Origin: Lama glama
Lineage: Eukaryota
Direction: 5' to 3'
Assembly: GCA_028534125.1 (NCBI GenBank)
Contig: CM052817.1
Coordinates: 108,130,001 to 108,194,000 of the forward strand
Length of the DNA stretch: 64,000 nt
The position numbers were made by a program, and so were the translations under genes. Positions 51,770 to 64,000 of the stretch are shown one piece after another. The notes below the pieces were generated by a model that was not told the origin of the DNA, did no database searches, and saw only the letters and a list, made by a program, of their open reading frames with translations. Numbering within the stretch: position 1 is the first letter of the stretch; each line of letters opens with the position of its first letter.

Positions 51770-52535
51770 TCTATTAATCCTACGCTGTTTGGCTATCTCG
51801 ATAAGACAGTGTCCCTTGTGCTGGAAATACAGTGGTGAATCCTGTATTTTGGAGGGAGAGAGAGACAGTAAACAAGAAAGTACATAAGGCACCTGTTGTC
51901 AATGATAACTGTTAAGAAGAATGTACAACAGGCTAACTTAATAGAAAGAGACTGGAGGGGGGTAGCTCTTCTAAATGGGACTCTCGGGAAGACTAAAGTC
52001 CAAATGACAAGAAGGGACTTGAAGGGAGAGGCAGGGGAAGAACTCTGCAAGCAAAGGGGACAGCATAGGCAGGGGCCCCAAGGCAAGTACAGCCTGGCCT
52101 CATCGAAGGACAGGATCAGAGGGAGGGAGGGGACAAGTCAAGGAGACACGGGAACTCGTGGTGCTGAAGAAGTTTGGATTTATTCTGAATACGATGGACA
52201 TTTTGAGCAGGAGATAAATATGATATTTTATATATATTTTTACAAGATCTCTCCAGCCACTGGGCAGATGACATGTGAAACGCTAAGACTAAAGAGTCAC
52301 ATGTAGAAGCAGAGTGACCATTTAGGAGGTGAATTGCATACTTTGGAGAGGGAACGATCATTGTTGGGTGGATGTGATAACACCCAGGAGACAATGAGGT
52401 GCGTGGATTCGGAGTGTAATTGGAAGGCAGAGCTGACAGTCTTTGGTAATTTCTGGAGTTTAGGAACTGGAAGCTTATCAGGGAAGGGGGGTCAGAATAG
52501 TACCCCAATTTCTTAGCGTAGTTTTTATCAGTGCC
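51770..52535 (-). mobile_element. L2 fragment
   Basis: 'gtgctggaaatacagtggtgaa', 'gaagtttggatttattctgaa...ttttgagcaggagataaatatgat' and 'ggattcggagtgtaattggaaggcagagctgacag'. Confidence 0.75.
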
Positions 52536-52575
52536 ATTGAGATTCCTTTATTTCCCATGTTAAGACTTCAGGGAA

Positions 52576-52712
52576 GGGGAGGGTGTAGCTCAAGCGGTAG
52601 AGTGAATGCTTAGCATACACAAGGTCCTGGGTTTAATCCTCAGTACCTCCTCTAAAAATAAATAAAACTAATTACCTCCCCCCACAAAAGAAATAAAATA
52701 AAAAAAAAAAAA
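52576..52712 (+). mobile_element. Camelid tRNA-derived SINE (vic-1-like)
   Basis: ggggagggtgtagctcaagcggtagagtgaatgcttagcatacacaaggtcctgggtttaatcc followed by an A-rich tail. Same family as 14085-14238. Confidence 0.92.
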
Positions 52713-52741
52713 GATTGCCAGTGGTCGTTAAAATTCTGACG

Positions 52742-52835
52742 TCACAGAGGATGAATGAGACATTCAGGTAGAGAAGGGACTTGCCCAATATCACACAGGG
52801 CGGGAACACCAGGATCAAGGTTCAAGTCCAGAGAG
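52742..52835. mobile_element. MIR fragment
   Basis: 'cagaggatgaatgagacattcaggtagagaagggacttgcccaatatcacacag...ggttcaagtccag'. Confidence 0.65.
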
Positions 52836-55394
52836 TAGTGTGTTATTTCCACATCATCACACTCGGTAACAATGCACCTCTAAATTTCTCCTGGCTGCTT
52901 TGACGAGATCAGAGAATAAAGAACTGCGAGGACTAGCTGAACAAGACAGCACCTGGTACAACAAAGCTGGAATCAGCAGGCATTTCTGTCAGTAGCCGGC
53001 CTGCTAACCCACCAAAATCACTGGTTCGTTCCACCAAACCCAGACCTTGCCTGAGAATTTCAGTTGAAGGGGAACTCACCGCAGATGGTTACGTTTGGCA
53101 TCACTTTTTAAATTGTCAGATCTGCCCTCTGACTTCCTCATTGGTGCAGTCAGGCTCCCATGCAAGACCTCATCCACAGGTACAACACAATCATGAAAAT
53201 GGTCAAAGGTAGAATTGTTTCCTGCCAGGAAAATATCCTTCCTCCCTGCACAGTGGTTTGAGAATAGAATTGAGACACCTTAGGGTTTTGAGCTGGTTGT
53301 GTATCTTGCTTTCAACAGCACATATGCTTTTAAGAGAATTACTTCATTTTCCCAGGGGCAGTATAGGTTTAAAAAATTGTATATACATCCTTGACTAAAA
53401 AGGCAATTTTTTTTTGTTTCAGAAAGGATTTTCAGGTTGTAAGAGCAATATCTGCTATCTGCCATTAGATCAGTTCTACACTGTTAATGGTCTTTGTACC
53501 GCCTTTCTATGGAACTTTCTTCCAGTGCCTAAAATAAAATCAGGAAGGAAGGTTGGAAGGCAGATGCCTTCACAGCTGCATCACCTCGGTCTGGGGAACA
53601 GTGATCACGTTGGGTGCAGAGAGCGTGGCCTCTGTCCAACCTTCTTTTTCCTCCCAGCCTTAAGGTATAGCAGGGGGGAAAGTCAGCGGTGGTTTAACTC
53701 ATGAAACAACTCGAAGAAGACATCTCACCTGCTACAGGATCAAGAAAACCACACGTGAAACACCCGATTCAATTATCTTTGTTGTTTTTTAAAATAAATA
53801 TAGGAGCTATGTTGAAAAACAATAACAAATTATTAAAAAAGAAAGCTTTTTATCGTTAATGTCCTCCTGCCTATTGAAGTTCCCGTTTCTTCAACAGCTG
53901 CCTTATGAAAAGATTCAATTCGTTCCATTTTAGCTTTGCAAGGAAAAGGAAGTCTCTCTGCTCTATGGACAACCATTTCCCTAAAATACCACAACCATTT
54001 GCCTAGAAAAACCATACTTTTCATGATCTATGTCCTGAAGAATATTACGTTTACCCAAAGGGAAGAGATTCAAAATAGATGCTACACCCTAAACTGTGTG
54101 GAAGGGGAGACTTTCCCTGGCGTGAGTGAATTTCCAGGTAGGTGAAGACTGCTTCACAAAGGTACCTTCAAATGCTATTTCAGAAGGAGTTTTCAGGCTG
54201 CAGTTAACTTTCCCCTTCATTATCCCTGTCAATTTAACAAAAATGTAGCACAAAGGAACATTATAATGATTTACGATTCTTTGTGGTATATGTTGTGTAG
54301 AAAAATCAGTAGACGAATGAGGTAAACTCATAGCTATTATTGTGAAACTGTAATTCATTTTCATGAAATATAAATGGTAGTCTAAAATAGAAGCAAGGAA
54401 ATTAAACCGATAAAGGCATGCCAATCAAAGGTGTAGACAATGATTTATGTAATTTGATATTTGGAGAAATGTTATTAATATCATAAATTTAAAAATAGCC
54501 TTCAAGCTTAGCGATGGGAAATTAATCATGCAAATAAACTCATCATAAGCCCTTAGAGTAATGTTTCTGCAGACTGGTGATCTAAGGAAATGCTCATATT
54601 ATAACTTGACATGGTACAGCAAAGTAACGTAGGTCAATTTTACCTTAGACCAAGTACTGTTATGTACCTTAAAGCATATCGTGTAGTCTCCACCCTTCTG
54701 AGAAAAAAATCACTGTTATTATCTTCATCTCCCTGATGTGTTGAGAGTAGGGAGATTAGATAAATTTCCAACTAACACATAAGAGTTGGTAGAGTACTTA
54801 TTTAACTGGAACCAGAATTCCCTGCTTCCCAAGGTCATGCTCTTAATTATGCCTTGGCCTGACTTTCCTTAGCATTGTCGCAAATACTCAGCTTAACTAT
54901 CTTCAGGGTGATTGGATTTCGTTTTTGTTGTTTATTGCTCTCTTGCTGATATGAAGGAAACCAAACATTCAGAACCAGTGCAATTCCAGCCACAAATTTG
55001 AATAACAAGGTACCCACTGTAACTCTGATGGGCTTAGAAATGTGCAGCCCTGGCGTCTCATTAATATGAGAAAGTTGGGGTTTGCAAAACTCTCCTGTTC
55101 TGGTGACCATGATAACCACAGTAAGTAAAGTTTTCATGAACCTTATTTTGTGTGTGTGTGAATTTCTACACTGTACCTTTATCCATTTGGTCCCTGTTCT
55201 TGGTACTCACTGAATAAAGAAAGCATGATATTCGATATGCATCAGTTTTACATTTTTTTGCATAGACATCTGAGGGGATATTAACTCTGCCTCTTCCTTT
55301 GTGTAACTGCCCGCAACTTATCTGGTTAATTTTAGGTGTCGCCTGGTATAGGAATTCCTTTAGGTCCATTCTGCCTGATACTCCACAAACGTGA

Positions 55395-55940
55395 CTGCTT
55401 ACAGGACACTGGACTCTACTGGTTTTCTTCCTTCCTCACTGGCTGCCTTTTCCCATCTTCTCCACCAGCTCCTCCTCAAATCCCCACTTGTACACATCGG
55501 AGTGTCCAAGACTCAACACGGGGACCTCTTTGGTGATATTGTATCCGTTCCCATGGCTTTAAATGCAGTCTTCATCGATGACTCTCAAATTTCATATCTC
55601 AGCACAAGCATTTCCAAGTGCTCATTTGACAGTCTCACTTGGGGATCTAAGTATTTCGAACTTCCATGACCAGAATAATCCTTGATTTTTCATGCTAGCA
55701 AATAAACAAAATCAAGCAATGAAACAAACAATAATTTTTTAAAAACCTGTTCCTGCTTCCTCCCATTTCCAGTCTCAGTAAATGTTGCCACCATCATTCA
55801 CCCAGTGACCAAGCTTATGCCCTCATCCAAAATCCACCATCACAGCCTTGAGGCTGTATCGTCAAAGTGTACCCCTAATCCATGCATGTCTCATAGCACC
55901 CCCAGGGTTCATGGTCCCCTGTACTCAGCATAACCTCTAA
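55395..55940 (+). mobile_element. L2 fragment
   Basis: 'ctggttttcttccttcctcactggctgcc', 'cccatggctttaaat...gatgactctcaaatttcatatctc' and 'tctcagtaaatgttgccaccatc'. Confidence 0.75.
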
Positions 55941-55956
55941 TTGAACTACTTACTTT

Positions 55957-56027
55957 TTAAAAATTATTGAAGTACAGTCAGTTACAATGTGTCAGGTACA
56001 ATGTGTCAATTTCTGGTGACACATCTC
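55957..56027 (-). mobile_element. Very short (about 70 bp) L1 3' insertion with TSD
   Basis: 'attgaagtacagtcagttacaatgtgt' is the same as the L1 end near 39708. TSD is TGAACTACTTACTTT (55942-55956) and TGAACTGCTTACTTT (56028-56042). Confidence 0.85.
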
Positions 56028-56109
56028 TGAACTGCTTACTTTTGCTCACAATCCTCTGCGTCTACTGTCAGACTTACCAAATTTCTATTTCCAGCTTACA
56101 TGTTCACCC

Positions 56110-56290
56110 ACTCGATGACCCTGTAGGAGTCACTTAATTTCTGCATCTAAGTTTCCTCACTTGTCAAGTAAGGAAAATAACAAAATCCACCTCATAGATG
56201 TGATTTGAGGATGGGATAAGATATTTGAGATAAAACACTTTGCACGAGTTGGCACCCAGTAAGCACTGGCCAGCTATTAGTGATGATTAT
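56110..56290. mobile_element. MIR
   Basis: 'gtcacttaatttctgcatctaagtttcctcacttgtcaagtaagg...cacctcatag...ggcacccagtaagcact'. Confidence 0.75.
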
Positions 56291-56324
56291 TTTCTGAACC
56301 TCAGCCAATCTGAATGCCGATCTC

Positions 56325-56788
56325 CGTCTCCCTTGACGTATGATGGAGTGACATCCCTATAAACCCATCCTACAATGAAAATACTTCAAGTCAAAAGTAC
56401 ACTGAATACACCTCGCCTACCAGACATCGTAGTTTAGACTAACCTACCTTAAAAGTGGTCAGAACATCAGCCTGCAGTTGGACAAAATCATCTCATACAA
56501 AGTCTCTTTTACAATAAAGTGTTCACTCTCCCCTTGTATACAGTCCTGAAAGTGAAACACAGGTGGTGGTAGGTGTACCCAATGTTTACCCTCGTGACGG
56601 CTGCCTGCTGGGGCTGCCACTGCCCGGCCCCAGGAAAGAGGATCGTGCTGTGCATCCCTAACCCAGGAAAAGATCAAAATTCAGAATTTCAAGCACGATT
56701 TCTACTGAACGTGTGTGGCTTTCACACCACAGTAAAGTTGAAAAATCTTCCGTCGAACCAGGGTAAGTCAGGGACCAGGATCATCTGT
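56325..56788. mobile_element. Tigger5/MER47-family non-autonomous TcMar element
   Basis: 'atccctataaacccatc', 'cctaccttaaaagtggtcagaaca', 'cagttggacaaaatcatct', 'ccaggaaaagatcaaaattcagaatttcaagcacgatttctactgaa' and the end 'gtaagtcagggacc...tctg'. Confidence 0.85.
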
Positions 56789-56799
56789 ACATAAATTCC

Positions 56800-57370
56800 T
56801 TCAAGACATCTGCTTGTTCCAAATTCTCTGTTGACACTCATTGTTCTTGAATAAAACCAAAGTCCCTAACACGCCCTCAGACCTAAAAGATCAGGATTGC
56901 TGGCACAGCCGCTCCCACTTCTAACTACTGTCTCCCAGCTCACGGGGTTCAAGCCATTTACTTCCTACGGTTCCCTGAATCTTCTAAGCGATTTCAGCCT
57001 CACTTCACACTTCCAGGTACCTCTGCTGGCAACCCTTCAGCCGGACTGTTGCAAAACTTTCTCATTTCATTTATGGTTTTGCTCAAATTTTACCCAAATC
57101 TCAGGGTTGACATGCCTCCTCTACCTACTGTCTCAAAAACAACAGCTCTAAACACTCTCCATCTCTTTACCTCGCTTTATTTTGTTTCATGGACTCATCA
57201 CCATTTGATATATCTATCTGTCCATTTGTTTAGTTCCAATTCTCCTTAAAAGAGAATAATCACCATGGGGGAAAAAAGACTTATTTCATCAAGATTTCCT
57301 TCCCTGTTTCCAGCACCAGGGATGCTCCTTAGCAGTAATGGGTGTGCAATGAATATTTAGTGAGTGATAG
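56800..57370 (+). mobile_element. L2 3' portion
   Basis: 'aataaaaccaaagtccctaac', 'ttgctcaaatttta', and the end 'gtgcaatgaatatttagtgagtga'. Confidence 0.6.
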
Positions 57371-58143
57371 TGTAAAATATAGTGTAATTATCTTTCTATG
57401 TGTCTGTCTCTCCCTGGTAGACATCAACCTCCCTATTTTCATGGCTTGAAGAGTCATGAACATCTAACAAATATTTGTGAGAATTTACTAGTGAATGAAT
57501 GAACATCATATACTCAGGAGGGCCATCCCACGGAAGATGTAATTAAGGAAGGTGAGATGTAGATGCAATTCCATACAATGAATTTACCATCAAAACTATC
57601 TCTTTTCTTCTCACGTTATCATTTCTGATGAACATTTTTGTTCCTTTTGGTGGATTAAGCACAGTTTAGATGCTACAAATACGGATCATTGGTTGCACAA
57701 TAGAAGCAGTTGATAGTGCCTCTGACACTTAGAAATAGACCCAATTATTAAAAGCCAAAAAATTGGTATTTTTGAGCAGTCATTGACAAACAGTAGGCTC
57801 AACTCAACGTGCGAGATTCTCCTTGACTTTGAACATGAGTAGGTCTTTTTCATGGATTATTGTGGCCTCAATGCTGAATTCCAGTGGCAAAAATAGCATT
57901 TGAGAAACAGACAGAGGGCATAAGATTGAAGACAGAAGTGCCATCACAGTGCCCGGCAGGGGGCTTGGGAAAGATCAGACGTGCTGTGTTAACCAGTCAG
58001 ACCCTCTGAGTGTGCTCATGCTTTGAAATATTTCTGACTATAGGATTTTTCCAGGGTCTTTGCTAGCAGTTTATATTGTGAGAAATATATTTCCTCTGAA
58101 ATGCTCTTTGATAAAACCTGCTACTGAAAAAACAGCAGAAATG

Positions 58144-58643
58144 NNNNNNNNNNNNNNNNNNNNNNNNNNNNNNNNNNNNNNNNNNNNNNNNNNNNNNNNN
58201 NNNNNNNNNNNNNNNNNNNNNNNNNNNNNNNNNNNNNNNNNNNNNNNNNNNNNNNNNNNNNNNNNNNNNNNNNNNNNNNNNNNNNNNNNNNNNNNNNNNN
58301 NNNNNNNNNNNNNNNNNNNNNNNNNNNNNNNNNNNNNNNNNNNNNNNNNNNNNNNNNNNNNNNNNNNNNNNNNNNNNNNNNNNNNNNNNNNNNNNNNNNN
58401 NNNNNNNNNNNNNNNNNNNNNNNNNNNNNNNNNNNNNNNNNNNNNNNNNNNNNNNNNNNNNNNNNNNNNNNNNNNNNNNNNNNNNNNNNNNNNNNNNNNN
58501 NNNNNNNNNNNNNNNNNNNNNNNNNNNNNNNNNNNNNNNNNNNNNNNNNNNNNNNNNNNNNNNNNNNNNNNNNNNNNNNNNNNNNNNNNNNNNNNNNNNN
58601 NNNNNNNNNNNNNNNNNNNNNNNNNNNNNNNNNNNNNNNNNNN
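58144..58643. other. Assembly gap (exactly 500 N)
   Basis: Run of N. Confidence 0.99.
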
Positions 58644-61600
58644 CTAGTACTTTAATTCTTTTTATTGCTGAATAATAATTCATTGGGTTTTGATGAAGAA
58701 AATGCAGAAAACAGGACACAGTGTAAACATGACTCCAAATTCTTTCCTGTGTGGAGATGTTTTGACAGATAATTATGAAGTACAAATACTGGGAATTCAA
58801 TTTTGAAGAATCAAATACTTTAAAATAAATTTTAAATAAAAAGCAAGGTATCATTCGAGGCTTGATTTAGATAATTTGACTCAAATGTCCTAACTAGTTG
58901 TTTAATTTTTTTTGAAAACCCGTTTAAAGTATCCCTAATAATTTACTCCAATCCACTGCATATTTTTTGAGTTAAAAAAAACACTCCTGAAGGTGTGTTA
59001 ACAATGTTATAAATAATTAGCAGAATAAATGCCACAGAGGATGTGGAATATATTTAATACACATATGAACATACACACACACAGAAACACAAACAGTATT
59101 AAATAAAAATGAACAAAGACAGATTTATCTCTTTAACACAAAGAGCCGACAAGATAATGCACATGAAACAGACCCGGAAGTCTTTTAAGGTATAGACTAA
59201 GTGTAGTTATCAATCCAAGAACGCATTTTAATTTAAAAAGAACCCCAAGTAAAGATGACAAGCTTCACAACTCATTATCCGTCTCCAACCTCACTGAGAC
59301 CTAAGGCACACATTTGCCAAGAAGGCTGGGTAAGGACTGACATGTTGTCTGTGATCTCAGGGTCGCGTAGATTTCACTCTCGTGTGATTGCAACTCATGA
59401 CCTAGGCTGCAGTCAAACTGTCCTCTGGTAGTTGAGAGAACAAGTCTAATTTGAGGATGTGGGGGTGGTGGGAGGGAGGGAGGCACAGGAAAAGCAAGAG
59501 TCCACAGTTCATGATACAGCAGATTTCCTTTTCCAGAGGTATCTCTAGAAACTTGCTAATCATTTTCACGAGGCTATTTCTTTTGAAGCCTTTAAATATT
59601 TATACAAAAGTGTTTTTAGATACAGGTCAAATTTATCCAATAGCTTAAGATTTTAATAAGCACAGGATTTTTTTTTTTAACACAAAATTCTTGACAGTAA
59701 GATGCTGGAAGGGGAGGTGATTTTACATGAAACACCACTGAACTGCATTATACTATGTCAAAAAAAGAAAGCAGAAACATGCATACATTAATTTATAACT
59801 GATTTTGGTTCTGATCCTTACCAAATGAACTTCCTTACCTATTAATGTTGGCGATATAATGGGTGATCATCAAAATACTGTAACATATGAATTCCTAAAT
59901 GTAAAATATATTTTTCTTTGGTTTAGAAAATGCGACAGAAGTGCAGATTCCTCCAAAGCTCTTTCCATTTGAAGTAAAACACCCATAATGAATTTAGGTG
60001 TGACTTTGTGTAAATGTTTAAACAAAATTTATAAATGATAAGTAGTAGTATTCATTTTAGGCATTTTCATGAATAAATTCTCAACTGGCAGACTTAAAGT
60101 TAAGCAATTACCAGCTTGTTTTAAAATATTTTTCTTTGATTTTTGTTGCAGTTGAAATGTAAGGTGACATTTAGCTGATCAAAACTGTGTTGAATGATGT
60201 TTCAACAACTCTTATCCAAAGAAACAGATTTTAAATGTAGGTGTGCAGGTGACAAAAATTTACAACTATGAAACTGGTATTTGTTAATGGATTTAATTTG
60301 ACTCTTTGAAAACAGAGAGAGAAAGACAGATTAGGTGTCAGACTTGTGGACAGTTTACAAATGGAGCCTGAGATTTTTCTCTGAGAGAGGAAACTATTTT
60401 AAGTCTGTGTTTAAGGAGATTGTTGCTGAATGTTGTCAGATCTCTATTTTTTATAAGGACATTTTATAAATTATAGTTTGACTGTCTTGAGTTAAAAAAT
60501 TGTTGGACAGAAATATATAACTCTTCATTGTCACAGTTATCCAAATAGTCATAGTATTAGTTCTAAGAGAATGGGACTCCAATATACATGCTTTGAAGAA
60601 AATTAATACTTAATCAAAAGAATAAAGGGTACAAGTTTAGCCCTTGGCTTCAGTTTATATTTTTTGCAAGATACATTCAATAAATATTTGTTTGAATGAA
60701 TGAATAACTGAGTTTTTTCTGCACCAAGTGAAATTCCAGTGCATGAACTCATTCCTTTAAATGACTTTTTTAAAGAAGAGCTGATGTTGCCTTATTTGTT
60801 AAGTAATCATATTACATTACTGCTCATCATTACATGAGACAGTCCCATATGCACATACTCGTGACAGAGACAAGGGAAGATAAGGCTAGAACCCTGGTTT
60901 TGATTCCCTCCCGAGGACTTAATCCACTCCCCCACACTCCAGATTACAATAAAATGAAGTCGGCACATTAACCTGAAAGGGAAAAAAAAAAGAAAGGAAA
61001 ATGACCAAACTCATCCAGTGAGTTCAGGCATATCCAACGCAGGAACAGTGAGTATCTGCATATCCGGAAAGGAACTTGGTTCTGAAAGAGCAAAGTTGAC
61101 TTACACCGAGTGGGAAAGAGTCAATTAAAAAATCATCTGGAAGCACTTGAGGGTGGAATTAAAATTGGGAATTGGGTTGAGTTCATTCTAAAGTGAATTT
61201 AAAAAGGACTTTTGATGAGCAAACATATTAAAAATAGAGTTATCTCCCTGCTGCATTGAAGAGCCTCCCTTTTCCTATGGGAACTCTATACATTGCGGGG
61301 CTCTTTACGTAAATGGACGAAGCCAACAAAATCTGCAATTACTCGATCAGAAGATGTGTGTGATGCAGCCATAGAGCTTAGCAGAAAATTTTTACTTCAC
61401 TCCAAAAATACTTAGTCATTTTTATAGTTATTAAGAAGACTCTGAGACGGTCAGTCCTCTCTTGGACAAAATGAACTGCATTCTAAGTGCCCTCAAAGTA
61501 AAATCTTTTGGGAAAGACAAGCCAGGAATAGATGGGATAACATGGCATAAAAGCAAAAAGGCAAGATGAGTGAAATTTAAAAGCTGGGTACCATTTGAAG

Positions 61601-64000
61601 TCTGTGAAAAATGGCAGCTGTACATAATGTAAAATGGTGAAGCAAGAAGGAAATGAATTAGAAACAAGATATAAAACACATACACAAATTCTTATGACCC
61701 AGATTGATTTGAGGCACTTTTCTGCTTGTGTTGGGGCTTAGGTCATTTGTGTTAGTCTCTGTGCTTGAATGTCTTCATTGTTATATAAATATGTTTGACG
61801 CTTCATGAACTTGGAGTGCCCTATGTGATCTATGAGTTGTTGTTGTTTCAAACACAGAAATAGAGAAGTGTAATTGTCAGTGGGCACCTAACGGAATTTC
61901 CCTGGGTCATGGTGTCACCCAAGCAACAATGAAGAGAATGAATCCCTTCTTTTTAAAAAAATTGATACAACTTTTACAAACCATTGACTGCAGCCCCAAA
62001 TTCTCACTTAGCGTATCATGACGATTCATTTATACTTACCCATCTTTCATATTGGTGATTCAAAAATATACCAATTTTAAATATTAGAACCCTTTGCACA
62101 AAATTTACTCTACTTTTAAACAGATATTTATATCATTCTATTTCCTTTAACAATCTTATTTAGAGTTGATATTAAATTTGCAAAATGTAATCAGTAAACT
62201 CCCCAAAGTTCATAGTATATTACTAATAAGCCATACATCATTAATTAAAATTGATAACATGGAGGACACATGTGACTAGGTCAATCAAAAGACCTACTTA
62301 TTTCACTTAATTCGAGCAAAATGGAATATTTGCCTGAATTATACTTCATTTTACGCCACAGACCAACGGGCTCTCAAAGTGCAGTAAAGAAGCTCTGCCC
62401 AGCCTAAAATAAGTGTAGCACCCACAGATACATTGTAAGGGAGAAGAGATGCTTGAGGTTTCTCTAGATTTACTGGGCTGATAACTCTAGGATGTGATGA
62501 GACAAGGAACAAAAAAAAAAAAGGAGAAACCATATCTTCCTGTTTTCTAATTAGTTTCAACAAGTGTTTTTGTTTTGTTTTGTTTGATGGCCTTGTCAAG
62601 ATGTTAAACTTGTCCTGTAGGGTTATTCTATTGTTAATGCTTCCCTTCATTTGCTCAATTTACTATCATGACCACTGAGATATTTATGGTACTTGCAGTC
62701 AAAGTCAGGACTGCAGAATTTCAGGATGATTGGATTTCAAGCAGACACACTGATATCTGTTAATACCAATGAAATGCATACTCATCATTTAAACGTTAAA
62801 TGTATTCCCACCACCAAGCTTTATGAAAAGAAAACTTAATGTATGATTCTGAAAAACTGAAATGCCTTGATTTTAGAATATACCTACAAAGTACAGCCTA
62901 AATATTAAAGTGATCACCTTTGTAATAAGACAACCAAAATGGCAAGAGCATTAGTTTCTCATTAATACTCTCTTCCAGTAAAACCATGAATGAGCACTTC
63001 TTTGAAACATGTAAGCCTGGAAATGTGTTACCTTATGGGATTTTTAAAGCAAGTCACATTTTTGCTCTTTAATTCGGGGTTAAAGCACTGAGCTGACAGC
63101 ATACAGCACCACGGATGAGGACAGCAATGAGTGACATTTTAGCAGAAGAGTGTCTTTATCATAAAATGAGAATGTAACTAATTAATAGTCATATTTCTAC
63201 ACATGCCCACAGCACTTAATGATTGTAAGCATGGAATGTAGAAAACGTTAATCATTTTAGTTAAAAAAAAAGTTATTTCCACCTTATTACACTGGTACCG
63301 AGCAGATGGAGAAACTGAGCATGGATGTCCTTGTTGACTAGAAATAGCTGGGTTTGTTAGGAATTAAATTTAAAGACCCTTTTTGGTTTCTCATTATTAT
63401 TCATTTTAAGAACTGTCAAGAGAAAAAAAAAATAAAGATCTCTGCCTTTTGTAAGAACATGTTTTATGTATGATTGAAGTTTTTACAACACTCCGAAAAA
63501 GCCATCCGATGTTAGATTTAAAAATAAAATCAAAAGCATTTTCTGACAATAGTACACATGAAAAATTGGAAATTCCAATATCTCCAATAGAAGTTATAGA
63601 AAGTGTATGTCTCCTTGGAGTTTGACACCACTTAACACAGCAGAAAATAAGGTACCAGTTACTGTAAACAAAAAAGTACAGTCAAGGACAGTTGTAAATT
63701 TACATAAGAATAGTTCATAAACATTTTGGTCTTTCCATAACAGTTTTTATATAAAATGAATAAAAAAACCTTTAGACAGCTGTCATCACTCTTGTTGGAC
63801 CACTTGTCACTTATATGCACACAGACATATTTATATAGAATATACCGATGCACCGTTACATGGATATTAAACTATGGTTACTGCTTGAAACTGAGATGTG
63901 CATTATCCAATCAACATTATCCACAGTTGAAATACTCTTACATTAAGTATTCTTGTCATGTCGTACTATAAAAACATGAAAATATAACTTTACATTATTT

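Noticed and set aside
51896..52508. 130-136 aa overlapping ORFs
   Set aside because: They lie within an L2 fossil and show no protein similarity that I recognise.
52576..52650. tRNA gene (also 14170-14238)
   Set aside because: The tRNA-like head is followed by SINE body and A-tail, and both copies are diverged, so these are SINEs.
58060..58854. Long ORFs of 195 and 263 aa
   Set aside because: Artefacts of the second N gap.

Overview
This is AT-rich, CpG-depleted mammalian genomic DNA with no CpG island. Two tRNA-derived SINEs that I recognise as camelid vic-1 type, plus young artiodactyl-type L1 3' ends, point to a camelid (alpaca, llama or camel). The window is mostly interspersed repeats: old and young L1, L2, MIR, an MLT2/ERV-L pol relic interrupted by Tigger1, four ERV1-type solo LTRs, MLT1 LTRs, and MER5/MER20/Tigger5/Charlie DNA-transposon fossils. 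It also has two 500-N assembly gaps. I recognise no known protein-coding gene, RNA gene or novel multi-gene system. The ORF track is largely chance or repeat-derived. The best leads are a cluster of three solo LTRs with target-site duplications (TSDs) within 5.6 kb, one carrying a phased CCAAT array; several weak candidate exons with splice or poly(A) signals; and single RFX, REST and CTCF-like motifs. Repeat family names come from my recall of consensus sequences, not from a search. Boundaries are approximate unless a TSD is quoted.
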